Below, piece after piece: positions 46,682-55,453 of a DNA stretch of 57,858 nt. The position numbers were made by a program, and so were the translations under genes. Each line of letters begins with the position of its first letter. The stretch's first letter is position 1. Origin of the DNA: a virus (lineage: Duplodnaviria; Caudoviricetes); the IMG/VR virus record IMGVR_UViG_3300021197_001472, positions 1 to 57,858 of that record. The stretch is one strand, 5' to 3'. Below the pieces are notes generated by a model that did not search any database, was not told the DNA's origin, and saw only the letters and a program-made list of their open reading frames with translations.

Positions 46682-48626
46682 CGCGGCCATTGAATATCTT
46701 GATAGAGGCTGGTCGATCATACCAATCTCTCCCGCACAGAAAACTCCATGGGCACCATGGGCAGAATACCAACATCGTCAGCCGACTGAAGATGAGGTTG
46801 AGGATTGGTTTACTAATGGGGTGGTGTCGAAGAACGGTCATGTTCTCCACGATTTCGACCTCGCTGTAATCACTGGCAGTACATCTGGCGTAGTAATCGT
46901 TGACGCTGACAACGACGAAGCAATAGCTGAAGCGCAGAGACTTGGCTTAACATCAGAGTGTCAAGTCAAGACACGTCGGGGAAAACATTACTACTGGATA
47001 CACGATGGCACCGATCAACATAGGCTGAAGGTAGGTGGGCACGTAAAGGCTACCGACTTCAGTTGGCCAAAATTTGATGGTCTGGATTTCAAAGGGGATG
47101 GTGGATACGCATTACTTCCTCCTTCACGAACAAGTGATGGGGGCACGTATGAATGGCTGACAGACTTCGATGACCTGCCAAATGATAGGGTCTGGAGAAA
47201 AAGAAACTTCCCTAGGGATGTCGCAACCATGACGCCTGTAGATATAGATCAGCTAAGTGCTGGCATACTGCCTGATCTGTCCGGTGTGAAGGCCAGTACT
47301 GGCAGAAGTCTTTCACCGGAGGAGGAGATACTGGAGTCTGGTGGTAAAGTTCTGGAGGGTGCCAGGAATTTCACACTCACACGTCAGGTGGGATGGCTAC
47401 TTAAATACGGCACACTGCCTACAGAACTCATGGACTCTGCCTACGATTTTGTATCTAAGTATATGGGTGACGACCCTCTGCCAGATGAAGAGGTTGAGAC
47501 AGTCGTCAATTCAATAATCGAAACAGATAGACGCGATAAGCCTTGGCGGTACGACAACCAAGGGAATTTCTTGGAGCCAGAAAGAGAGAAAGTTCCCGAC
47601 AAAAAACCAACTTTGCAGCCTCTGATTTTTCGTAGCCAAGCGCAAGACATACTCGAATCAATCGGTCGAGAAAACTTTCTGATGTTTCCGATCATCCCTC
47701 ACCCGACGATCATGCAGATATACGGATTCAGTGGACATGGTAAGTCACTGTTCCTTGGCCATCTTCTATACGCCCTGTCCACGGGACAGGACTTTGTTTC
47801 TTTCGAGTGCATGAAACGTGGACGCGTTCTTTATTTAGACTTCGAGAATGGATTGGGAACCATAGCTGAACGGCTTCAGAATTTTCACGACACCTTTGGC
47901 CAGCCAGCGGATGACTCTGGTTTCGCGGTTTACTCCCCATCCCAACGCAATACGACGATGATCGATATGCGAACAGACAAAGGTGTGACTGAAGTCATAC
48001 GAAATGCAGAGGCACATGAAGCTGACGTTATCGTCATTGATACAGTGCGTACCGCATTCACTGGCTTCGACGAGAACAAGCAACAGGATTGGTCGAGAGT
48101 AAACGAGATCTCACTTCAGCTTCGCAACCTTGGATATACAATCATAGTTGTTCATCACGCGAACAAGCCCCAGCTATTGGCTGGTCAGGGAACCCAACAA
48201 GGAATGGAAGCTGGCTCGACAAACCAATTGACTCCGGTCGAGATTCAAATCCGCATCACGCAGATATTCCCATCGACAGATAAGGGTGTTCAGAGAGCCG
48301 AGGAAGTGAGAGGGGTAGTCGATGACAATGGCTACGACATCATCTTAAAAATGAAAGACAAAAAAGAGATGGATAACTTCGAGCGATACAGGCTCAAGAC
48401 AGCCATACGTGTATCGTACGGGAAGAACAGAAAAGAAAACGAGGCACATCGTACGACATATCTAGGGTTTGGTGAGGACAAAGATGGTCGAGCGGTGACG
48501 ATTGGCACCACACCTATACGAACAAGGGTGCGTCTCGAAGCGTTGGGAGGTAAGTATACCACAGATGAGATCGCTGACAGGTACAATTTACCCCAGCGTC
48601 TGGTCAAGGAATGGTCGGGATTATGA
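46641..48626 (+). CDS. Bifunctional primase-polymerase fused to AAA_25 (RepA-like) helicase
   Basis: GWSIIPI, VIVDAD, TRRGKHYY, GGYALLPPS; EGARN PriCT-like; GFSGHGKS, VLYLDFEN, IVIDT, VVHHANK. Confidence 0.9.
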   Translation: MTQPMKDQRERLYNAAIEYLDRGWSIIPISPAQKTPWAPWAEYQHRQPTEDEVEDWFTNGVVSKNGHVLHDFDLAVITGSTSGVVIVDADNDEAIAEAQRLGLTSECQVKTRRGKHYYWIHDGTDQHRLKVGGHVKATDFSWPKFDGLDFKGDGGYALLPPSRTSDGGTYEWLTDFDDLPNDRVWRKRNFPRDVATMTPVDIDQLSAGILPDLSGVKASTGRSLSPEEEILESGGKVLEGARNFTLTRQVGWLLKYGTLPTELMDSAYDFVSKYMGDDPLPDEEVETVVNSIIETDRRDKPWRYDNQGNFLEPEREKVPDKKPTLQPLIFRSQAQDILESIGRENFLMFPIIPHPTIMQIYGFSGHGKSLFLGHLLYALSTGQDFVSFECMKRGRVLYLDFENGLGTIAERLQNFHDTFGQPADDSGFAVYSPSQRNTTMIDMRTDKGVTEVIRNAEAHEADVIVIDTVRTAFTGFDENKQQDWSRVNEISLQLRNLGYTIIVVHHANKPQLLAGQGTQQGMEAGSTNQLTPVEIQIRITQIFPSTDKGVQRAEEVRGVVDDNGYDIILKMKDKKEMDNFERYRLKTAIRVSYGKNRKENEAHRTTYLGFGEDKDGRAVTIGTTPIRTRVRLEALGGKYTTDEIADRYNLPQRLVKEWSGL

Positions 48627-48759
48627 TACTATAGAGTATATACAGTGTATCTATCGAGGAAACCTAGCGTCACTTCAGTGTAAGCGTTCTAGCGTCTTGC
48701 GAGTATATCCTCTATATACAGCCTAGGAAAATCCTGTCAAGCAAGAGTTTAGTTTTTCG

Positions 48760-48787
48760 TTGTTAAAGTTGCTATGTATGGTATAAA
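48760..48787 (+). promoter_or_regulatory. Sigma70-like promoter
   Basis: TTGTTA-N16-TATAAA with TG upstream of -10, before the 48820 ORF. Confidence 0.5.
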
Positions 48788-48819
48788 TAACACAACTTTG
48801 ATAACAACGGGAGACAACC

Positions 48820-49128
48820 TTGCCAGCACACCCGACCGTCCAAGCGGATGTCGAGTGGCTAAAATTTCATTTTAAAAAACAAGATATGACACTCAAGCAG
48901 ATGGCTGACCATGTTGGGTGTTGTGTGGATACGCTCAAGCGCATCCTCAATAGAGAAAATATCGCAATTTATACAGCCGCGAAGTACCAGACATCAAAGA
49001 CCAAGAACGCAGGTTCATGGACACGACCGTGCATGAAATGCGGAAGCAAAAAATCCAGACCACGTTGGCAGTACATCTGTACTCCATGTAAAGAAGCACA
49101 ACCAAGCGAAAGTCCATACGATTTCTAG
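48820..49128 (+). CDS. HTH plus Zn-ribbon protein, candidate transcription activator
   Basis: LKQMADHVGCCVDTLKRIL HTH; CMKC...CTPC; GGGAG RBS, TTG start. Confidence 0.7.
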   Translation: MPAHPTVQADVEWLKFHFKKQDMTLKQMADHVGCCVDTLKRILNRENIAIYTAAKYQTSKTKNAGSWTRPCMKCGSKKSRPRWQYICTPCKEAQPSESPYDF

Positions 49129-49567
49129 ACTCACTGGCCGTTCACTCAAGCGTAAAGGTGATGAGTTCGAACGTGAACTAGCACGTTGGTTTAACGACAA
49201 GCTGTTCGATGGTGAGGAAAGAGTATCGAGGGCACCCTTATCAGGTGGGGGATTCACCAGCCTAAACGCTGGCGGGGCAGACCTGCTTGGCCTACCCCTC
49301 TGTTTTGTGGAGGCGAAGCGTACCGAAAAATTAAATATTAGAGCTGCACTCAGACAAGCAATTGGCAATGTTTTCAAGAGGAAATCAACCGACGTTCCAA
49401 TTGTCATTACAAGAAAGAACAACGAGAACTTACCTGATTCAATCGTGGCCTTACGCCTATCCGATTTCACGGATCTTCTCACGATCGCCCTGCATGAGCA
49501 GGGCTATATTAATAATCGGGACGACCCTCTCCCTATTATAGAGGATGTTCTCCAGCATGATCGATGA
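49121..49567 (+). CDS. Hjc-type Holliday junction resolvase, probable ATT start
   Basis: KRKGDEFERELA...GADL...VEAKR motifs; the first two lie upstream of the first GTG (49307). Confidence 0.7.
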   Translation: MSRLTGRSLKRKGDEFERELARWFNDKLFDGEERVSRAPLSGGGFTSLNAGGADLLGLPLCFVEAKRTEKLNIRAALRQAIGNVFKRKSTDVPIVITRKNNENLPDSIVALRLSDFTDLLTIALHEQGYINNRDDPLPIIEDVLQHDR

Positions 49568-49802
49568 TGAACAACGCTTGCAAGAACTCCTCAACCGTGC
49601 CGCACATGATGGTGCGAAGGAAGCTCTCTCACGTATTGGCCTATCCGACGAGGAAGCGGGTCAAGACATTCACGACCTTCGAAAGCTGATCGATGATTGG
49701 CGTTCATGCAAGCGAACGGTATTCACAACAATCATCAAAGCCTCGACGATAGCAGTGCTTGGATTCATCAGTGCGGCAATCTGGTTCAAGCTCGGAGACT
49801 GA
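49557..49802 (+). CDS. Small protein with C-terminal TM helix (DUF6127-like)
   Basis: GAKEAL.RIGL.DE.A..DI.DLR.L motif. Confidence 0.65.
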   Translation: MIDDEQRLQELLNRAAHDGAKEALSRIGLSDEEAGQDIHDLRKLIDDWRSCKRTVFTTIIKASTIAVLGFISAAIWFKLGD

Positions 49803-50280
49803 GCGCAAGTGCAAGCATTGCGGTAAGACGTATCCCTCGCATCATTTCAGATGGGAGAAAAAGGCCAAGGCCATATATCAAACTCGTGAGTGTCACAAGT
49901 GTTATCGTAAACGCTTCAAGGGATACAACGATCGAGACCTGCACAATGGCGAGTACAGATTAAAGCGCGTCCTCCGTGATGCAAGGTGGAAGGCAAAGAA
50001 ACGTGGCTACGATTTCGCAATCACCTTACAGGATTTACTTGAGATGTTTGAAACTCAGGGGGGAAAGTGTGCGCTCACTGGCCATCACATGACACTGGGT
50101 TCATCCGATGATCTGGAGCTACGCCGCTACGCGGCTTCTCCCGATCGCATTGACAACGAACGGGGATACACCAATGACAATGTATGGCTCGTCTGCCAAC
50201 ATGCAAACGCAATGAAATCCTCAACCGATCTGGAAGACTTCATTGACTGGTGCAGGGCTGTCACTCGCACACAGAAGTGA
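49759..50280 (+). CDS. HNH-like endonuclease
   Basis: CALTG, SPDRIDN.RGY..DNVWLVC..AN.MK; start position uncertain. Confidence 0.75.
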   Translation: MDSSVRQSGSSSETERKCKHCGKTYPSHHFRWEKKAKAIYQTRECHKCYRKRFKGYNDRDLHNGEYRLKRVLRDARWKAKKRGYDFAITLQDLLEMFETQGGKCALTGHHMTLGSSDDLELRRYAASPDRIDNERGYTNDNVWLVCQHANAMKSSTDLEDFIDWCRAVTRTQK

Positions 50281-50340
50281 CATAAACTTTCGGGCACAAC
50301 TTGGTAAACTTCACTGTTAAAAAAAAATTACCACACAAAA

Positions 50341-50376
50341 AAACACCCTTGCTATTATCGCAAGAGTGTTTAGTTA
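50341..50376 (+). promoter_or_regulatory. Candidate sRNA promoter overlapping a 12-bp inverted repeat
   Basis: TTGCTA(50349)-N16-TAGTTA with upstream A-tracts; AAACACCCTTGC-N7-GCAAGAGTGTTT (could also be a minus-strand terminator). Confidence 0.45.
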
Positions 50377-50380
50377 TTGT

Positions 50381-50455
50381 GCCGTCAACTTGAAATGTGG
50401 TGTTTCCGTTGGCTTAGGACTAGTGAGTTGCGTTATGCGCTCCTAGTCCTTTCTC
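50381..50455 (+). ncRNA. Candidate trans-acting antisense small RNA
   Basis: Hairpin 1 displays UGUGGUG loop within AUGUGGUGUUUCC; hairpin 2 AGGACUAG/CUAGUCCU followed by UUCUC; seed complementary to the RBS-AUG motif of about 9 genes. Confidence 0.55.
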
Positions 50456-50659
50456 ACATTCGCTATCAATTAATTCATCAATCATTCGTGTCATAATGCG
50501 GTGCGCTTCATTCGATCCGATCAACCCGTGCTTTGTTCTTATCTTTGGGATCTGGGCTTTGACAGCTTTGATCATAACAACCTGGCTTTCTTTCCAGCCC
50601 TCGTATCTTTTCGCGGCAACATCATCTTCACTGATATTGTTTAACAAATCTTCATACAT
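50420..50659 (-). CDS. Hypothetical protein
   Basis: 79 aa; AAAGGA RBS. Confidence 0.65.
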   Translation of the reverse strand: MYEDLLNNISEDDVAAKRYEGWKESQVVMIKAVKAQIPKIRTKHGLIGSNEAHRIMTRMIDELIDSECEKGLGAHNATH

Positions 50660-50762
50660 CCAATTGGATTCCTTTCGGTTGGTTGAACTACCAACAAATA
50701 ATCCATATTTTTTTCAAGGTGAATAGTGTTAGAGTTTCATCAATGGTGAAAAAAATTCACCA

Positions 50763-51518
50763 CTAGATTGCAAACCTCACGTTGGTAGATCTGTCTGGCG
50801 TAATCATAGATCCTTCGCCCAGATCCATGAAGTATTCTATGAGTTCAGACGTATGATCAAACACCTCGTACCATTGTCGTAGCAAAGTTTGAGCGATCAT
50901 CGTGTCCTTGCGTTGGTTCCTAGCTACATATATGGCTTGCTTGACTAACTCATCTCTCGTAAACATCATACGACCAGCTACCCTGACATAGTACAGGAAT
51001 GGAGAATGATACGATCCGGTTTTCTTTTCTCTGTTATACAATCTAGACTTGATGCGGCTATCTGTTTTGTTTGCCAACTGTTTTTCTATATTACGAGAGG
51101 TACAATCGGGCAGACCCAAACCGCTGATGCCCAAGCGTTCACCAGACAGATCCGTGCCTGTCCACAAGTAGTCCCTGTCCCTAGTAAAAATACAAGCATA
51201 CGTTCCTTCTAAGATAGCACACTCAACTACTCCCCACATACTGGCTGGGGTATTATCCCGCAGGGAAACCAATTTATTTTTCCGCGCAAAGAGAAGTCCT
51301 TGGGCCACACCCGCCAGCCAACTCATACGGTACATCCTTGTCATTTCTGGAACCATATGATTTGTGTAATAGGTCGCTTGATCTGGCAGACTACTCGCCC
51401 AGTACGCTCCCTCCCATGGACATTCCGTTGGCGAGAACGAATACCTCTCAGCCATAAGTTTTTCAGCCAACCGATTCGGCTCTGTTATATTTATCTCACT
51501 ACTACCTATAATAGTCAT
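50763..51518 (-). CDS. Hypothetical protein
   Basis: 251 aa; GAAGGG RBS. Confidence 0.7.
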   Translation of the reverse strand: MTIIGSSEINITEPNRLAEKLMAERYSFSPTECPWEGAYWASSLPDQATYYTNHMVPEMTRMYRMSWLAGVAQGLLFARKNKLVSLRDNTPASMWGVVECAILEGTYACIFTRDRDYLWTGTDLSGERLGISGLGLPDCTSRNIEKQLANKTDSRIKSRLYNREKKTGSYHSPFLYYVRVAGRMMFTRDELVKQAIYVARNQRKDTMIAQTLLRQWYEVFDHTSELIEYFMDLGEGSMITPDRSTNVRFAI

Positions 51519-51723
51519 AGCTTACCCTTCTGAATAATTTATAATATTTTTTTTTGAAAAAATGTAGAGGAACTAAAGTTGCTTAAACTGTCACAACGTT
51601 TGCCAACTACCCATCTATGATTGGGATGGAAGCTAGATAAGTTATTGTTTTCCTTTCTATTTTCGGGGTGATGAAGGGGCATAACTGTCACATGACAGCA
51701 TGACAATGACAGACGTGACATAA
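51519..51723. other. Probable attP/regulatory region
   Basis: Non-coding gap just downstream of int with clustered TGACA/TGTCA repeats. Confidence 0.4.
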
Positions 51724-52869
51724 CTATAAACTCTGCACTGCACTAGCCAAATCATCAGGATGTAACGAGGCATACCTCATCGTTGTCTGGATGTTCTGAT
51801 GTCCCATCAACCGTCTGATTGTATCTAGTTGATGTCCTTTAAATCGTAACCAACTGGCAAACGTATGACGCAAGTGATACAACGTCGTGCCCTCTGGCAA
51901 GTCAGCCAGTTCTCTGGCCTTCTGCCATGGGTGCTTACAGAAATGTGGCTTCTGACTTTGACCGTCCTTGCCTACGATTGTATACCCACCACCAAATTGA
52001 TTCTTAAAAACGAAGCCGTATCGATCATGCCCTGGTATCTCGTTCAACGTCTCGTAAACAAGCGGATGTATTGGCACACTTCGCTTACGAAGTTGCTTGG
52101 TTTTCCCCTTGTAATTTTTCAGAACTAAGCTGCTAGAAGTAAGGTCATTGCGAAGGAACACATCATCCCACTTGAGCCTAGCCAACTCCACTGGCCGTGC
52201 CCCTGTATAAACAAGACACACATAGATCGCCAGCTTGTTTGGCCATCTCTCTTTGATGATATCAAGCAGTCTAGTTACTTCATCTTGCGTAAGGAAAATA
52301 TCCTCAAGATCTGGCTCAGGTAAAGCAACCATAGTCGGTGCGCGATAATCACTGTTGCCACCATGCTCTCTCTCCCACCGCTCCACGTAATTACACATGG
52401 CCCGAAATATTCCCAAGTATCTATTCACGCTTGAGTCACTCAACGGTGTCCTTGCAATGCTACGCCAGTGGTCGAATACACGATCTACCTCTACCTTTGT
52501 CCTTGGCAAATCCCAGTTTAACAATCCCCGTGTAACCGTCTTCGCCATACTCGTGGTATTCCCACTGCAAGAAGGATCGTTGGTATACACATGGAGCATG
52601 TCTTTTACCTTCCAGTGATTCACCCTCGACCAATCACCAATCAAAACTGGCTTAGACTCACGAACACTCTTGCGTTCAACCCGTGTCAATTCCCTCAACT
52701 GATATGCCTTAGCCAACACGGGGTTGTCTAATTCAATCTCTCTCAACTTTCTAAGTAGTACTTCGCTGGCCGCATCCTCACACGTAAGACCAGTAGACTC
52801 CTGTATCTTTACGCCAAGGTACTCACCCCACAAGCTGTACCGCTTGCCTCTTTTCCGTAACTTTATCAT
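51724..52869 (-). CDS. int: Tyrosine recombinase/integrase
   Basis: TGAR, HLRH, MGH and TTMRY catalytic residues. Confidence 0.92.
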   Translation of the reverse strand: MIKLRKRGKRYSLWGEYLGVKIQESTGLTCEDAASEVLLRKLREIELDNPVLAKAYQLRELTRVERKSVRESKPVLIGDWSRVNHWKVKDMLHVYTNDPSCSGNTTSMAKTVTRGLLNWDLPRTKVEVDRVFDHWRSIARTPLSDSSVNRYLGIFRAMCNYVERWEREHGGNSDYRAPTMVALPEPDLEDIFLTQDEVTRLLDIIKERWPNKLAIYVCLVYTGARPVELARLKWDDVFLRNDLTSSSLVLKNYKGKTKQLRKRSVPIHPLVYETLNEIPGHDRYGFVFKNQFGGGYTIVGKDGQSQKPHFCKHPWQKARELADLPEGTTLYHLRHTFASWLRFKGHQLDTIRRLMGHQNIQTTMRYASLHPDDLASAVQSL

Positions 52870-52890
52870 GTGGTGTTTCCTTATTTTAAT

Positions 52891-53325
52891 CTACGTTGAA
52901 TATAAATCCTTATTGATTGCTCGATCCTCCGCACTCCAGCTTGTACTCCACGTTGGCTTCAGCCCACAGAACCGTTCGAACTCTACGTCTGTGTAACTAC
53001 CCATAGCTTCTGTATACATTCTGGAAGTCATCAATCGATTCCTAACCGTTATCCCTGTGCCTCTAATGATATGGTCTTGTGCCCCTCTTATGTGGCCCTT
53101 CACTGTACTTTCTGTACAGCCCAACCGACTGGCTATCTCACCATTGGAAGCCCCGCCCGTAAGCATCAGCATCACTGCATGTTGCTTGCGACTGAGACGT
53201 TCTATCCACTGGTTTGATTCTTGGCTGACGCTTGAGCCAGCGTTACCTCCACTGGCCATTCGTATCAACATATCGACTTGGGCTTCGAGCCTCCCAACTC
53301 TTTGCTCTAAGTCTTCGCTTATCAT
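52891..53325 (-). CDS. LuxR-type HTH regulator without receiver domain
   Basis: LSRKQHAVM..LTGG.SNGEIA.RLG.TESTVKGH. Confidence 0.8.
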   Translation of the reverse strand: MISEDLEQRVGRLEAQVDMLIRMASGGNAGSSVSQESNQWIERLSRKQHAVMLMLTGGASNGEIASRLGCTESTVKGHIRGAQDHIIRGTGITVRNRLMTSRMYTEAMGSYTDVEFERFCGLKPTWSTSWSAEDRAINKDLYST

Positions 53326-53360
53326 GTGGTGCCTCTTTTCTGTTAGTAATAATGCTAAAC

Positions 53361-53579
53361 TTATTTAGTGTCTATGCCAACTTCTGTCAACTTTCGACGT
53401 GCCCCGTTCGCAAACTGCTTACGCCACTTGGGGTTATCAAGTGCCTGTGCTATGGCGTATCCAAGCATAGCCCCGTCAGTGTCACTGTCTGTATCGAACA
53501 CGGCACCTCCAAGGGTGCCGTTAGGACTCACTACAATGATTGCTCCCCCTTCCTCTAGTACAAGGGTGGCCTTACTCAT
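53361..53579 (-). CDS. Hypothetical protein
   Basis: GAGGAG RBS; coupled to the vWA gene. Confidence 0.65.
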   Translation of the reverse strand: MSKATLVLEEGGAIIVVSPNGTLGGAVFDTDSDTDGAMLGYAIAQALDNPKWRKQFANGARRKLTEVGIDTK

Positions 53580-55453
53580 GCTACTCTCCTCTCATTACTT
53601 GCCTTAAAGTTCTCACCCAACAACATCTTCGCAAAGTCATCCATCACCTTGCTGGCAAGAGCATCAACATCCTCCACGACGACGCTTCGATCACACCATC
53701 TCCCTATGTAGTCCTTACCAATGCCGACACCGACGACCTCGATGCCTTTATTCTGCATCGTTCTTATCGCTTGCCGTGCAGTGTCCTGACTGTTTGGCTC
53801 TCCATCGGTCACAAGGATAATGATCTTCCGATCCGCGTGTCGTTTCTCTAGCCTTGGGTATGTAAGATACAGGGCATCAGTCAGCGGAGTATCTGCATGG
53901 GATAGTGTCGTACCAGTGCCAAAGAAGGGAAGGCATTTGGCTACCCGCATACCGAATGGCTTGACTGCCAACACCTGTAATGGGTAGTAACGACTGAAGC
54001 CTTTCTCTTTAGCTTGAAGTTCCCTGCATTCATAACTGTTCCAGTTACCTCCCAAGAAAAGCAAAGCCTCATTGCCGACACCGATATTCTCCATCGTCTT
54101 AGACAATGCATAACCCATAGCCATGGCACTCTGCATTCTTGGGCCACTCATACTAGACGAACCATCAATGAGTATCTGCACATCAGTATCTATCTCTGGC
54201 GTACGTTGGCGTTTCCTAAACACGTCGGGATGCAGGTTGAATGCACGAACGAGACGACTTGGATCTAATCTCCCATCCATGTGTCCACTGTCCCAGCGTC
54301 GTGTCATCTGGGCAACAAACCCCCGCTGTATCTTGCGACGCATAACGCTTATCTTCCCACCGACCATCTTCGATAGCTCGACGTAGGGTTTCAGCCCATT
54401 CTTCAATCCATCCTTGCCAAACATTTGCTCGGCTGGCGTCTCTCCACTGTACAATGACCACTTCGATTCACCCCCTCCAAGACTCTGCCAGTTACCAGGT
54501 TCAAACACTCTGTCCCTGGTTGTAGTGTATGGCCTGTAAATCGCATCCCCTCTATTGCCGTGGCCATGTGGTGCATGGTCAGAGTCATGCCGTGTGATCT
54601 GCTCCATGTATGCCTTAGCCTCTATGTTGAAGGGCTTGGTTATATCAATCACTGGCTCGGCATCCCGATCAGCGAGAAGACGGTCGTTGTGCATGTCCTC
54701 CCACTCCTTGGCCTGTGTCCTCACCTTGATCTGGCATGGTGCCATGCCATCCTTGTCGTACTCACGCATGGCATCCGCAATCTTCTTAGCCACACTAATC
54801 GCCTCTTCCGGTGTCTCAACCGCTTCGATCCAGCTATAGTACTCCCGCAAATGATCCAGTTGATCTGGCTTGAATGACCGCCAACAATGCTTACTCCACT
54901 TACCTGCATACCCCTTGGCCTGACCACTGAACCACGTCATCGACTGCGGCCCCATGTAAGATATGGGCATCCGTACATATGAATCGTCCCTGAGTACTGC
55001 ATCATCATCGTCACTCGCAGTCACCTGTGTCGCAACGATAGCACTGAACGTATCCATATCTATCCGGTCATGGACATCGGATAGGAACTGCAATGATCCC
55101 TCGTACTCGGCAAGCCAGAGCTTCTCGATACGACAATCCTCTACAACATTCAGAAGGTATGCATACAACTCGTCTTTGTCTCTCCGTATCTCAGCAACCT
55201 TCTCGTGCAAACTCCTTGGCGTAAACATGATGTGGGCACACTCGTGGTGGTAGTACCCACGGCTGAAGCTGATCTCATCATCCGTAAGGTACAACTCGTG
55301 CCCGTATATGGCAGGTAGGAATATGACATTGCCATCTGTACAGGCTTCGTTACCCTCGAACTGTACGACAACATCCATCTTGCCGCCTAACATCTTGGCA
55401 CCCGTAACGATTGCTCGTTCGAATACCTCGGTAGTCATTGGTCTTCTATGCAT
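53576..55453 (-). CDS. CobT-like vWA-domain protein with N-terminal HExxH region
   Basis: HECAH, NVVEDCRIE, GRLD, ILIDGSSSM MIDAS, TP, VTDGEP. Confidence 0.85.
   Translation of the reverse strand: MHRRPMTTEVFERAIVTGAKMLGGKMDVVVQFEGNEACTDGNVIFLPAIYGHELYLTDDEISFSRGYYHHECAHIMFTPRSLHEKVAEIRRDKDELYAYLLNVVEDCRIEKLWLAEYEGSLQFLSDVHDRIDMDTFSAIVATQVTASDDDDAVLRDDSYVRMPISYMGPQSMTWFSGQAKGYAGKWSKHCWRSFKPDQLDHLREYYSWIEAVETPEEAISVAKKIADAMREYDKDGMAPCQIKVRTQAKEWEDMHNDRLLADRDAEPVIDITKPFNIEAKAYMEQITRHDSDHAPHGHGNRGDAIYRPYTTTRDRVFEPGNWQSLGGGESKWSLYSGETPAEQMFGKDGLKNGLKPYVELSKMVGGKISVMRRKIQRGFVAQMTRRWDSGHMDGRLDPSRLVRAFNLHPDVFRKRQRTPEIDTDVQILIDGSSSMSGPRMQSAMAMGYALSKTMENIGVGNEALLFLGGNWNSYECRELQAKEKGFSRYYPLQVLAVKPFGMRVAKCLPFFGTGTTLSHADTPLTDALYLTYPRLEKRHADRKIIILVTDGEPNSQDTARQAIRTMQNKGIEVVGVGIGKDYIGRWCDRSVVVEDVDALASKVMDDFAKMLLGENFKASNERRVA

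Larger units (their letters stand above)
5148..49525 (+). promoter_or_regulatory. Repeated GGGACGAC motif, candidate late-promoter/activator site
   Basis: Copies at 5148, 7853, 17074, 18781, 20928, 31427, 40982 and 49518; GGACGAC at 10069; all on + strand shortly upstream of rightward genes. Confidence 0.65.

Noticed and set aside
51663-51682. tRNA 3'-end-like att core (CCCCTTCATCACCCC on the minus strand)
   Set aside because: No TTC-containing T-loop or CCA end; cannot be supported without a search
54566-54574. CATGTGGTG copy of the start motif
   Set aside because: Mid-gene in the vWA ORF and lacks the GGAAA/GGAGA part; probably chance
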